DNA of 40,013 nucleotides from a virus (Duplodnaviria; Caudoviricetes), in the IMG/VR virus record IMGVR_UViG_3300008003_000759, positions 1 to 40,013 of that record; one strand, 5' to 3'. The notes beneath the pieces were generated by a model, which was not told the DNA's origin, did no database searches, and saw nothing but the letters and a program-made list of their open reading frames with translations. The position numbers and the translations under genes were made by a program. Below are positions 8,615 through 17,222 of this stretch, piece by piece (the first letter of the stretch is position 1; each line of letters opens with the position of its first letter).

Positions 8615-8988
8615 CCACACTTCCACCCACAGAACTCGCCGACCTCGCCAGCCGCGTCTTCGGACCCGGCTGGCAATCTGCATTGGCTCGCGACCGAGGC
8701 GTAGCCGTCCGCACCGTGCAGCGATGGGCGAAGGACGGCATATCGAAGCCGGAGACTGCCGAGGCCATCCGTGCCTACCTGCAGAGCCGCACAGTGGTAA
8801 GCGTTCCGGCGGCTCCGAGTGTCCAAGTGTTCGGCGATGGCGAGACCCGAAGCATCCTCACTGAGGCAATGCGAAGGATCGCAGCCGAGATCGTCGTGTC
8901 GAGTAAGGCAGCGGGATGGTCGGAGGAGGAAGCGCGACATGCGCTGAGCGAGGCGGTGTCGAAGCGGACCGGGACAGATGGCAAGTAA
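8611..8988 (+). CDS. HTH DNA-binding protein (XRE/Cro-like)
   Basis: FGPGWQSALARDRGVAVRTVQRWAKDG. Confidence 0.75.
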   Translation: MTTLPPTELADLASRVFGPGWQSALARDRGVAVRTVQRWAKDGISKPETAEAIRAYLQSRTVVSVPAAPSVQVFGDGETRSILTEAMRRIAAEIVVSSKAAGWSEEEARHALSEAVSKRTGTDGK

Positions 8989-9454
8989 GAGGCGGCCTGC
9001 GAAGCCCTTCGTATATGACCCGGCAATGGACCCGTTCCTGATCGAAGGCGCACGATGGAGGGTCGGCGCGAATTTCGAACTCGTCGCACTGAGAACTCAC
9101 GATCGTTCACTGCGGTTGACGCCAATGTCGGACGAGCAGCTATCGCGAGCCTTTGCGGAGATCAGGGAACGGCAAGGCGAGATCACCGCTCATTCGCCTC
9201 AGAGCACGACATTCGTTTTAGGACTGCTCCTCCATCACGGCGCGATCGATCCGTTGCACGCGATGGCAGGGATCCGCGATCTTCTGGAAGGTGCAGCGAA
9301 TGATGAAGAGCGGGAAAGCCGGACGCGGATCTTCGAGGGCAGGGCGACACAGGCGGATCGCGAGGCGGCGATGAAGAGCGCAGGGCGGGGCGATACCGTG
9401 GATGGTGGGCCGGAGCGACCGGACACCACATCTAGTATGAGCGGGTCCTTCTGA
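8978..9454 (+). CDS. Hypothetical protein
   Basis: Overlaps the previous stop; ends at the cos-like region. Confidence 0.6.
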   Translation: MASKRRPAKPFVYDPAMDPFLIEGARWRVGANFELVALRTHDRSLRLTPMSDEQLSRAFAEIRERQGEITAHSPQSTTFVLGLLLHHGAIDPLHAMAGIRDLLEGAANDEERESRTRIFEGRATQADREAAMKSAGRGDTVDGGPERPDTTSSMSGSF

Positions 9455-9530
9455 GGGGGTATCGGCACAACATGCGGTGGGTTCGCGTCTCGCGTTCTCC
9501 GCCTACGAAACCGGCCGAAAATTTGCAATA
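9443..9530 (+). other. Candidate lambda-like cos site (cosQ + cosN)
   Basis: GGGTCCT (the lambda cosQ sequence) at 9443-9449; GGGTTCGCGTCT-CGCG at 9479-9494 resembles lambda GGGCGGCGACCT-CGCG; GAAAATTT follows; directly upstream of terS. Confidence 0.55.
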
Positions 9531-9562
9531 ATACACTTGATCCTTCCTCCGCGTTCCTGATC

Positions 9563-9592
9563 CGCCGCCGGAATACCTGAACGTGCGATAAT
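9563..9592 (+). promoter_or_regulatory. Conserved late-promoter-like motif, copy 1 (terS)
   Basis: CGCCGCCGGAAT-acctgaacgtgc-GATAAT. Confidence 0.8.
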
Positions 9593-9639
9593 ATCCGCGA
9601 CCCCTGCCAAACGGGCGGGAATGGCGGAGTTCTGCGGCG

Positions 9640-10302
9640 TTGGCGGCGAAATCGAAACTGGATGAGGCGATTGCGCAGGCCGGGAAGGATGCTTCCGCGA
9701 AGCCGGTCCGAAAGCCGCGCAAGGTCAAGACGGTGTCGAAACGCGGGCGACCCGCATCTGACACTTCGGCCAAAAATACGCCTTCGGAGCGCGTCTGGAC
9801 GCCTACCGAACTCGCCGCGGCGATCGGCTACTCCCGCGACACGGTCTACAAGTGGGAACAGGCTGGGCTCGAGCGATCTATCTGCGGCAAGGGCTTTTAT
9901 CTCCCAGCGGTCCTCCGTTTCGTCGAGGCTCGCGGTAAGGCTGAAGGCCGCCTCGAGGCCGATCCGGATGATGTCCTCGAGGCCGAGAAGCTCCGCGATC
10001 TGCGAGCGCGCGCTGACATGCGCGAGGACGAGCGCGACAAGCAACGGCTGAAACTGATCGAGGTCGAACTGGCGACGGCCGTCTACGAGGACGACTCCGC
10101 CTATGTCGCGGTCCATCTCCGTTCGCTGGGTGCGCGTCTCATGGGCCCGCTTTCGACCATGGACGACCCGGCCGACATCTGCGCCGCTATCGATGCGGAG
10201 GTCGAAACCGCGCTGCTCAACCTCAACGCCGATCATGTCGATCCCTCTTCGCCAGACGCGCATCCGCTGGTTGGCGGCGTCGCCATCGAGGGCCGAGGAT
10301 GA
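9640..10302 (+). CDS. Terminase small subunit (Nu1-like)
   Basis: wHTH WTPTELAAAIGYSRDTVYKWEQAG plus coiled coil; ATGA coupling to terL; TTG start with GGAG. Confidence 0.85.
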   Translation: MAAKSKLDEAIAQAGKDASAKPVRKPRKVKTVSKRGRPASDTSAKNTPSERVWTPTELAAAIGYSRDTVYKWEQAGLERSICGKGFYLPAVLRFVEARGKAEGRLEADPDDVLEAEKLRDLRARADMREDERDKQRLKLIEVELATAVYEDDSAYVAVHLRSLGARLMGPLSTMDDPADICAAIDAEVETALLNLNADHVDPSSPDAHPLVGGVAIEGRG

Positions 10303-12662
10303 TACTGCGCACGACGAAAGTGCTGCAGCGCATCGGCGACGAGCTGACGCGTGGTGTGCGCCAGGCGCGTGGTTCGTTCGAGCAGCGCGCTGATCGCGCG
10401 CGCGTTTCGTTTCGCGAAGCGTCGTGCCGTCGTCTGCATCGCGAGCCGAGCCTCAGTCTGGTCGAGTGGTCCGAGCTGCACCGGCGGCATGGACGCGGGA
10501 CAGCCGCGCCGAATTCCCCGTTCCGCGTTTCCGCGATGGAGGTCACGCGCGGCGTCTATCTCTGGTGCGACGAGCCCGGCGTCCGCGAAATCGGTCTCAT
10601 GGCTTGCACCCAGTCCGGCAAGACGACGGTGCTGGAATCGATCGCGGGCCGGCACATCCATTCGGATCCGTGTCCGATCCTCTACGTCGGCCCCTCCGAG
10701 GACGATGCGAAGCAATTCACCGCCGACAAGTTGATGGCGATGGTCGAGGCCACCCCGGTCCTCAAGCCGCTGATCAGCACCGAGAAGGGCAGCGGGAACA
10801 CGAACGTCAAAAAATACTTCCCCGGCGGCCGCTTCCGCGCAGGCTCGTCGGACACCCGGCGCACCTTCACGATGATGCCGGAGCGCGTGCTCTTGCTCGA
10901 CGAAATCGATGGGCACGAAAACGCGGGCAGCGATGGCGACACCTACCAGCTCGCAAAGGGCCGCACGCCCGAGTTTTCGCATAACTATCTCCTCATGGCG
11001 GTCTCTTCTCCGACCGTGAAGAATCGTGGCAAGGGCCTGCCGACGATCTGGAAGATCTGGCTCAGCGGCGATCGGCGCCTTCCATACGTCCAGTGCCAAG
11101 GCTGCGGTCACGATCACTTCGCCGAGTTCGAATACGAAGACGGCCGCTATTCACTCCACATCCCGAAGGCGGACGCTGACGCCGGCGGCGAGTTCCTTCC
11201 GGACGGCGCGTCATATGTCTGCCCGTCCTGCGGATACGCGCACGACCAGGCGGACCGGCAGCGCATGCTGCGCGCTGGCGCGGTGCACTGGCGCGCGACG
11301 CGGGCGTTCAAGTGCTGCGGCGAGTATCAGGACCCGGCGAAGGAGTGGGCGTCCTGCGATCAGACCGCCGAGGACTATGAGCGCATCTGGCAGCCATACG
11401 GCGCGCCGCTGGGTGTGGAGCCGATCGGCCACGGCGCGTGCGGCGTCGACCGAGCCAAGTGCAAGCACTGCGGCCGCATGCCGGTTCCGAACATCGTCGC
11501 GTCCGCGCGCTACGGCCGCTTCTATAATCCGAAATATGGTCTGCGCCAGATGGCGATCGACTGGATACAGGTCATCCGCGATCCGGCCAAGCGCCGCGCC
11601 TTCTGGAACACCGTCGTCGGTCTCCCCTTCGAGGAGAAGAAGAGCAAGGCGATCTCGGTCGAGAGCCTGAGCGAACAGGGCGAGGTCTGGGAAGCGAAGC
11701 CGCTGGAGGATCCCGAGGACCCGTTCGAGCGGCCGATCTACTACGTCCCGGATCCGGTGGCGATGGTCACGCTCGGCATCGACGTGCAGCAAGGTGCGGC
11801 GGACGGATCGAATTCGCGTTTCGCTATCGAGCGTGTCGGCTGGGGACCGGGCGAGGAGTCGTGGTCGATCGATTATGACGAGCCATACGCTAACACGCGC
11901 GATCTGAGCGAATGGGACCGTGTGCTGGTGCCCGCAATCGAGACCGCGATGCACCGTCGCGACGGTCGCACCTTTCTGCCCATGGCCGTCTGCATCGATG
12001 CCGGTAACAATCCGGACCAGGCGGCGTCTTTCGTAGCGAAGCACCAAGCGCGGCTCCATGCGCGCGGTATCTTCCTCTTCGCGGTCAAGGGCATCGGCGA
12101 ACGCGGCAAGGCGGTCTATCGGACATGGGCCGGCGCGGCTGCGGACGCGAAATCGTTCAAGCGGTTCGCCGATGGTTCGGTTAAATTGTGGAACGTCGGC
12201 ACGCGCGAGGCGAAGGACACGATCGCGAGCCATCTGGCGACGATGCACGGCCCCGGCGCCATGCACTTCCCGAACACGCGGCACGAGCTCTGGATCAAAG
12301 GCGTCCTCGCCGAGACGCAGGTCGAGAAGAACGGACATCTCGTCTGGGAGCATCTCGACAAGACCGTCGCAAACGAACCGCTCGACTGCCGCGTCTACGC
12401 GCTCGCCGGCCTTCGCGCGATCCAGTCCATGTATCCGGCGTGGTCGCTCCAGCATCAGGCAGATAAGGTCGGAGCGACCGCATCTGCGCTTCCGTCCGCC
12501 GACGAAGAGGAGGTCGAAGACGACCAGCCGCAGGAAGATCCGCCCGCGCCGCCGCCGGAATCCCCGGAGATGGTAGAATCCCCGCAAAGGCCAGCCAAGC
12601 CGGTCAAAAAACCGACGAAGCGCAAGCGGAAGATGGCCTCCAGTTACTGGGATGATCGATGA
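10299..12662 (+). CDS. terL: Terminase large subunit, lambda gpA family
   Basis: ACTQSGKT Walker A, LLLDEID Walker B, SSPT, CxxC pairs, FWNTVVG, LGIDVQ, AVCIDAG, NEPLDCRVYALA. Confidence 0.95.
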   Translation: MILRTTKVLQRIGDELTRGVRQARGSFEQRADRARVSFREASCRRLHREPSLSLVEWSELHRRHGRGTAAPNSPFRVSAMEVTRGVYLWCDEPGVREIGLMACTQSGKTTVLESIAGRHIHSDPCPILYVGPSEDDAKQFTADKLMAMVEATPVLKPLISTEKGSGNTNVKKYFPGGRFRAGSSDTRRTFTMMPERVLLLDEIDGHENAGSDGDTYQLAKGRTPEFSHNYLLMAVSSPTVKNRGKGLPTIWKIWLSGDRRLPYVQCQGCGHDHFAEFEYEDGRYSLHIPKADADAGGEFLPDGASYVCPSCGYAHDQADRQRMLRAGAVHWRATRAFKCCGEYQDPAKEWASCDQTAEDYERIWQPYGAPLGVEPIGHGACGVDRAKCKHCGRMPVPNIVASARYGRFYNPKYGLRQMAIDWIQVIRDPAKRRAFWNTVVGLPFEEKKSKAISVESLSEQGEVWEAKPLEDPEDPFERPIYYVPDPVAMVTLGIDVQQGAADGSNSRFAIERVGWGPGEESWSIDYDEPYANTRDLSEWDRVLVPAIETAMHRRDGRTFLPMAVCIDAGNNPDQAASFVAKHQARLHARGIFLFAVKGIGERGKAVYRTWAGAAADAKSFKRFADGSVKLWNVGTREAKDTIASHLATMHGPGAMHFPNTRHELWIKGVLAETQVEKNGHLVWEHLDKTVANEPLDCRVYALAGLRAIQSMYPAWSLQHQADKVGATASALPSADEEEVEDDQPQEDPPAPPPESPEMVESPQRPAKPVKKPTKRKRKMASSYWDDR
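12550..12579 (+). promoter_or_regulatory. Late-promoter-like motif, copy 2 (inside the terL 3' end)
   Basis: CGCCGCCGGAAT-ccccggagatgg-TAGAAT. Confidence 0.75.
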
Positions 12663-12874
12663 CGACGGGATACACTCAAGCCGATCTGGACAAGATCCGC
12701 AGCGCCATGGTGCATGGCGTCCGTGAGATCTCGGTGGGCGGCCGAAAGAAGGTGTTTCACTCCCTCACGGAGATGCAGCGCCTCGCGGACGACATCGAAG
12801 CCCGCCTCCTCGCCGCTGCTCTCCCGCCACGTCCGCCGCGCCGTAAGTCCGGCACGCTAATGGTGCGCGTCTGA
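12659..12874 (+). CDS. gpW-like head-tail joining protein
   Basis: YTQADLDKIRSAMVHGVREISVGGRKKVFHSLTEM; located between terL and portal. Confidence 0.9.
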   Translation: MTTGYTQADLDKIRSAMVHGVREISVGGRKKVFHSLTEMQRLADDIEARLLAAALPPRPPRRKSGTLMVRV

Positions 12875-14517
12875 TGGCGGGCTCTGGCATCCTTTCTCGC
12901 GCATGGGACGCGATGGCACGTGCAGTCGTTCCTCCGAGCGACCTTCCGACTATGCCTGACGTGATCGAACGCGAAGTGATCGTCCGTCGCGGGTATCCCA
13001 GCGGCGATCCTCGCGGGCGCGCATCCAGCCGGGAAGACATCTATTCGGCGACGGCGGGATCGCGCATCAGTCCGCAGCGCCAGCGCGATTACTGCCGGCG
13101 AGCGTCTGAAGACAATCCCTATGCCAAGCGCGCCGTGCGCGTGCTCGCTTCGCAGTCTGCGCGCTACGGCGTAACGCCGATCTTCCCATCTTCGAACAAG
13201 CGCGCCAAGAAGGCGATGGACAGCGCCTATCTACGCTGGCTCAGCCAAGCGAACATCGATGGCACCTGCGATTTTAACGGCATCCAAGCGGCCGTCGCGG
13301 AAGAATATTTCGCGGTGGGCGAGGTCTTCGTCCGCCGTCACGTCGTGCCCGCAGATCGCGCGGCGGATCTCGGTTTGGAGGTTCCGCTCCAGTTCGAAAT
13401 CATCAAATCCGAGCAGGTGCCCTTCGAAAGCTTCAAGGCACCGAACGGCCATCGCGTTGTGGATGGCGTCGAGCTTGACGATTACGGGCTCGAAGTCGCT
13501 ATCTGGGCCTACGCCAAGCCACGCGGTGATACGACATTGGTCGGCTCGCAGGACAAGGTGCGTCTCCCGATCTATCGCATGTTCGGACGCGCATCTGTCG
13601 AAGGCGAGATCCTCCATATCAAGCGCCCCGGCGTCGGTCGTCGTGGCCGTTCCGACATTGAAGCGGCCCGTCCGAAGCTCGGTTCGTTTGAACGTTACTC
13701 GAAGGCGACTCTGACGCGCTCCGAGGTCGAAGCGTGCTTCGCGGCCTTCGTCACCGAGAGCGACGAGCAGGCGAAGGCCAACGAGAATATGCCGCGTGAG
13801 CCGGGTATTAGCGACGAACCGCTGGGCGATATCGAAGATACCGAGGACGAAAGGCTCGAATGGATCGAGCCCGGTCGAATTGATTACCTTAAAAAGGGTC
13901 AGAAGATCGACTTCGCCAATCCGCAGTCGAGTGGTGGTCTGGAGGTCTTCGCCCGTGAGACGCTGCGTGCGATCTCTGTCGCGATCGGCGTGCCTTACGA
14001 GCGGCTGACGAACGACCTGTCTAAGGTCAGCTACGTCTCGTTCAAGGCCGGCGAGATCCAGTTCAAGGCCGATGTCGAGATGTTCCAGTGGCTGGTCCTC
14101 GTGGCGCAGTTCCTCGCGCCTGCCATGGCCATGTGGACGCAGGTTGGCTGGTTGGTCGGAAAGTGGGACCGGGTGTCGCCTGAAACCGTCAACTTCGGCA
14201 TGCCCAAGTGGGAAAGCGCGGATCCGACGAAGGATCTCTCCGCTCTCGCGCTCGAGATGCAGCTGGGTCTCGTTTCCTACATCCAAGCGAAGGCTGAGCG
14301 CGGCGAAGACTGGCAGCTCACCATGGAAGAGATCGAGGAGGTCGCGGCGCAGGCGGCCGAGAAGGGCCTGCCCGGCTTCCTGCCCGCAGGCATCGCAGGG
14401 AAGGCTGCAGCCGGAATTGTCGATCCGCCGCCGGAATCTTCTGACGTGGTAGAATCTGATCAAGACGAACCGGAAGGGCCGAAACCGTCCGGCCGGGCCC
14501 GTCGAGCAAAGAGGTAA
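12874..14517 (+). CDS. Portal protein, lambda family
   Basis: DNPYAKRA, GEVFVR, VVDGVELDDYG, GVPYERLTNDLSKVSYVS, ADPTKD. Confidence 0.95.
   Translation: MAGSGILSRAWDAMARAVVPPSDLPTMPDVIEREVIVRRGYPSGDPRGRASSREDIYSATAGSRISPQRQRDYCRRASEDNPYAKRAVRVLASQSARYGVTPIFPSSNKRAKKAMDSAYLRWLSQANIDGTCDFNGIQAAVAEEYFAVGEVFVRRHVVPADRAADLGLEVPLQFEIIKSEQVPFESFKAPNGHRVVDGVELDDYGLEVAIWAYAKPRGDTTLVGSQDKVRLPIYRMFGRASVEGEILHIKRPGVGRRGRSDIEAARPKLGSFERYSKATLTRSEVEACFAAFVTESDEQAKANENMPREPGISDEPLGDIEDTEDERLEWIEPGRIDYLKKGQKIDFANPQSSGGLEVFARETLRAISVAIGVPYERLTNDLSKVSYVSFKAGEIQFKADVEMFQWLVLVAQFLAPAMAMWTQVGWLVGKWDRVSPETVNFGMPKWESADPTKDLSALALEMQLGLVSYIQAKAERGEDWQLTMEEIEEVAAQAAEKGLPGFLPAGIAGKAAAGIVDPPPESSDVVESDQDEPEGPKPSGRARRAKR
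14426..14455 (+). promoter_or_regulatory. Late-promoter-like motif, copy 3 (inside the portal 3' end, upstream of capsid)
   Basis: CGCCGCCGGAAT-cttctgacgtgg-TAGAAT. Confidence 0.8.
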
Positions 14518-14520
14518 AGC

Positions 14521-16710
14521 ATGAGCAAAACCGCATCCCTGGCTCTCGCAGCCGTCAGCGTCCTCGGTATCACCGGGCGTTCCGCCATGCCGAGCGATCA
14601 GGCGGACGTGACTCGCGCTGACGCTCGTTTCCTCGGCGACAACCCCGTTTTCACCCGCGCGGTGCAGCCCGAAGCCGAACCGCTCGGCGGCGAGCCGGAG
14701 AACGTCCAGACCGACAACGGCGAGGCGTTTGAATTCGACGCCATCGCATCGGTCGGTGCGCGACGCCTCATGTGGCATCCTTCGCTCTGCCGGATCGTCT
14801 GGGAAGAGCTGGAGATCACGCCGGAAAGCGTCGATCTCGATTACCTCAACGCCCGTGGCGGCCTGCCGTTCTTCCGCGAACACTACTACTGGTGGGGCGC
14901 GCAACTCGGCAAGGTGACTAGCCTCGATGTCGAGAACGGCAAGATCACGGCGCGTAAGGTCCGTCTCTCCCGCCATGACGACGTGAAGCGTTACCGGATG
15001 GACGTTGCGGATGGCATCGCCGACGCGGTGAGCCTCGGTTATCGCCACATCGAATATTCGCTCATCGAGCAGGACGGCGACTATCCGATCTGCCGCGTGA
15101 CGAAGATCCAGCCGATCGAACTGTCGGCGACTTCCATGCCCGCCGACGCGTGGTCCTCGATCATCGAGGCCAGCATCCGGTCGGCCTACCCGAACGACGA
15201 CGCGCCCGAGGCCGTCATCGCAGCCAAGCCGGCGTCCGCCGGAGGCGAAACCGCAACCCGTGCGGACACCACCACCCAGGAGACTGCTACCATGACCACG
15301 CCGACGACCGCGTCGAACGACGCTTCGCAGACCCCGGCTTCGCCGACGGTCACTCGCTCGGAAACCCCGGCCGTCGAAGGCCAGGCACCCAGCGCGCCCG
15401 CCAACGATGGCGCCACTGCCAGCTTCGATCCCGCAGCTTTCGCTGCTCGTTCGGCTGAATTCGTCAACATCGCCCGCACCGGAGGTCTGACGGACGATGT
15501 TCTGACCCGCGCGATCGCGGATCCGGCGATGACCGTCGACAAGTTCAAGGCGCAGGCGCTGGACAACCTGTCGACCCGCAGCACCACTGCCGTGACCGCT
15601 GGAAACGACGTGGTCAGCCGTGGCGATCGTCAGCAGGCGATGGTCGACGCATTCGCGGCACGCATCAGCGGCGGCGACATCGAAGGTCAGGCGACGGAAT
15701 TCGCGCGCCACTCCTTCGTCGATTTCGCGGTCGAGAGCATGCGCATGGCTGGCGATGACACCATCACCCGTCACATGCCGGCTCACGAAATCATGCGTCG
15801 CTCGATGCACACCACCTCCGACTTCCGCGACCTGCTCACGAATTCCGTGAACAAGGCGCTGGTCGATCTCGGCACCGACACCGACGAGACCTACCTGACG
15901 ATCTCGAAGAAGAAGAACCTCTCGGACTTCCGCGAGACGAAGCTCCTCGACTTCGACAACATGCCGCGCTTCAAGCGGCTGACTGAAGGTGGCGAGATCC
16001 GTCGCGGGACCATCTTCGGCAGCGAAACCGCTGTCACGCTGGAAACCTTCTGGATCGCTCTGGCGGTCACTCGGCAGATGTTCGTCAACGACGGCTTCGG
16101 CGTGTTCTCGGACATCCTCAGCACTTCGGCATCGACCATTCCCGGTCAGAAGAACGACCTGCTCTATGCGGCCTTCCTCTACGAAGCGCAGTTGGCGCTG
16201 GCGGCCGACGAGCTGTCCGATGCGGACAAGAGCAAGATCCTCCTGCCCGAGGTGAATGCCTTCCAGAACCTCGCCCTCGACGAAGACGGTCTGAACGCCG
16301 CAATCGTCGCGATGACGACCCGTCGCCGCCGCGATGGTGGCCGGGCGGGTGTGAAGCCGAAGTTCCTCCTGCACGGTCCCGCTCTGCGCACGCAGGCCAT
16401 TCGTCAGACCGGCAGCTGGACCCCTGCGACGCAGGAAGACATCCCCGTCAATTCCGGCATCATCCCGGTGATGGACGAAAACATGCCGGGCCGCAGCTGG
16501 GCGATCATCAGCGACCCGAACAAGGGTGTTCCAGCCTTCATGCACGGCGGTCTCGATGGCGAGTCCGAGGTGATGACCTACGACTGGGAGCGGGTGCGCG
16601 GTCGCGACGGTTTCGAATGCGAAGCCGGCTTCGACTTCCATGGCTCGATGGTGAGTTCGCACGCCATCGTCGCCTCCCTCGACACCGAAGCCTTTGAGGC
16701 TCTCGACTGA
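14521..16710 (+). CDS. Fused prohead protease - scaffold - major capsid protein
   Basis: HK97-type protease motifs (PFFREH, VSLGY, PIELSATSMPAD), Thr/Ala/Pro linker, then capsid motifs MHTTSDF, LSDFRE, VTRQMFVND, KPKFLL. Confidence 0.9.
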   Translation: MSKTASLALAAVSVLGITGRSAMPSDQADVTRADARFLGDNPVFTRAVQPEAEPLGGEPENVQTDNGEAFEFDAIASVGARRLMWHPSLCRIVWEELEITPESVDLDYLNARGGLPFFREHYYWWGAQLGKVTSLDVENGKITARKVRLSRHDDVKRYRMDVADGIADAVSLGYRHIEYSLIEQDGDYPICRVTKIQPIELSATSMPADAWSSIIEASIRSAYPNDDAPEAVIAAKPASAGGETATRADTTTQETATMTTPTTASNDASQTPASPTVTRSETPAVEGQAPSAPANDGATASFDPAAFAARSAEFVNIARTGGLTDDVLTRAIADPAMTVDKFKAQALDNLSTRSTTAVTAGNDVVSRGDRQQAMVDAFAARISGGDIEGQATEFARHSFVDFAVESMRMAGDDTITRHMPAHEIMRRSMHTTSDFRDLLTNSVNKALVDLGTDTDETYLTISKKKNLSDFRETKLLDFDNMPRFKRLTEGGEIRRGTIFGSETAVTLETFWIALAVTRQMFVNDGFGVFSDILSTSASTIPGQKNDLLYAAFLYEAQLALAADELSDADKSKILLPEVNAFQNLALDEDGLNAAIVAMTTRRRRDGGRAGVKPKFLLHGPALRTQAIRQTGSWTPATQEDIPVNSGIIPVMDENMPGRSWAIISDPNKGVPAFMHGGLDGESEVMTYDWERVRGRDGFECEAGFDFHGSMVSSHAIVASLDTEAFEALD

Positions 16711-16718
16711 TCCCGGCG

Positions 16719-16738
16719 GGGGCCGGGCAACCGGCCCC
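16719..16738 (+). terminator. GC hairpin after the capsid gene (no U-tract)
   Basis: ggggccgg-gcaa-ccggcccc. Confidence 0.5.
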
Positions 16739-16795
16739 TACCAACCGCCTGATGCCATCCCGGCCAGGCGTGACACGCACAAGGGAACGCCCACC

Positions 16796-17137
16796 ATGCG
16801 CACTTACGACTCCCCCGGTGATACGCTCACCATCCCCGTCGCCCCGGCCGATTTCGATCTCTATCCGACGCCGGATCTCAATCGCGCCATCGGCGAGCAC
16901 GTCGGCGTCACCGTCGCTGCCGTCGACAAGCGTGCAGGCTCCGTCAATCTGCAGGTGACCGGCGTGCATCGCCGCGCGGTGACCAGCGCCGAAGCGGAAA
17001 CCGTCGCGAACGTGAAGGTCTATCTCGACGAAGATGGCGACCTGACGACCGATGAGGCAGTCGGTCCATACTTCGGAAAGGTCATCGGTTCACTCAAGGT
17101 CGGTGCCAACCCCGAGGTCCTCGTCCGTCTCGGCTGA
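16796..17137 (+). CDS. DUF2190-like capsid decoration/cement protein (start re-called at ATG 16796)
   Basis: MRTYDSPGDTLTI..TGVH..KVYLD..LTT..YFGKV..VLVRLG; directly after the capsid gene. Confidence 0.75.
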   Translation: MRTYDSPGDTLTIPVAPADFDLYPTPDLNRAIGEHVGVTVAAVDKRAGSVNLQVTGVHRRAVTSAEAETVANVKVYLDEDGDLTTDEAVGPYFGKVIGSLKVGANPEVLVRLG

Positions 17138-17222
17138 TAGAATACCCGAACCCGGTCCATAAGGCCGGCGCCTGCCCGGAGCGATATCCGGGCACCCATT
17201 CCCACATCGAGGTCGCTCTCCC

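Noticed and set aside
11211-12587. 458-aa minus ORF (likewise 21853..23187, 26532..27860 and plus-strand 2222..3496, 36244..37287, 37959..39038)
   Set aside because: All lie antisense to well-supported genes and lack recognisable motifs
13231-16662. 1143-aa minus-strand ORF
   Set aside because: Antisense shadow of portal and capsid produced by GC3 codon bias; no motifs, while the plus strand has clear homology
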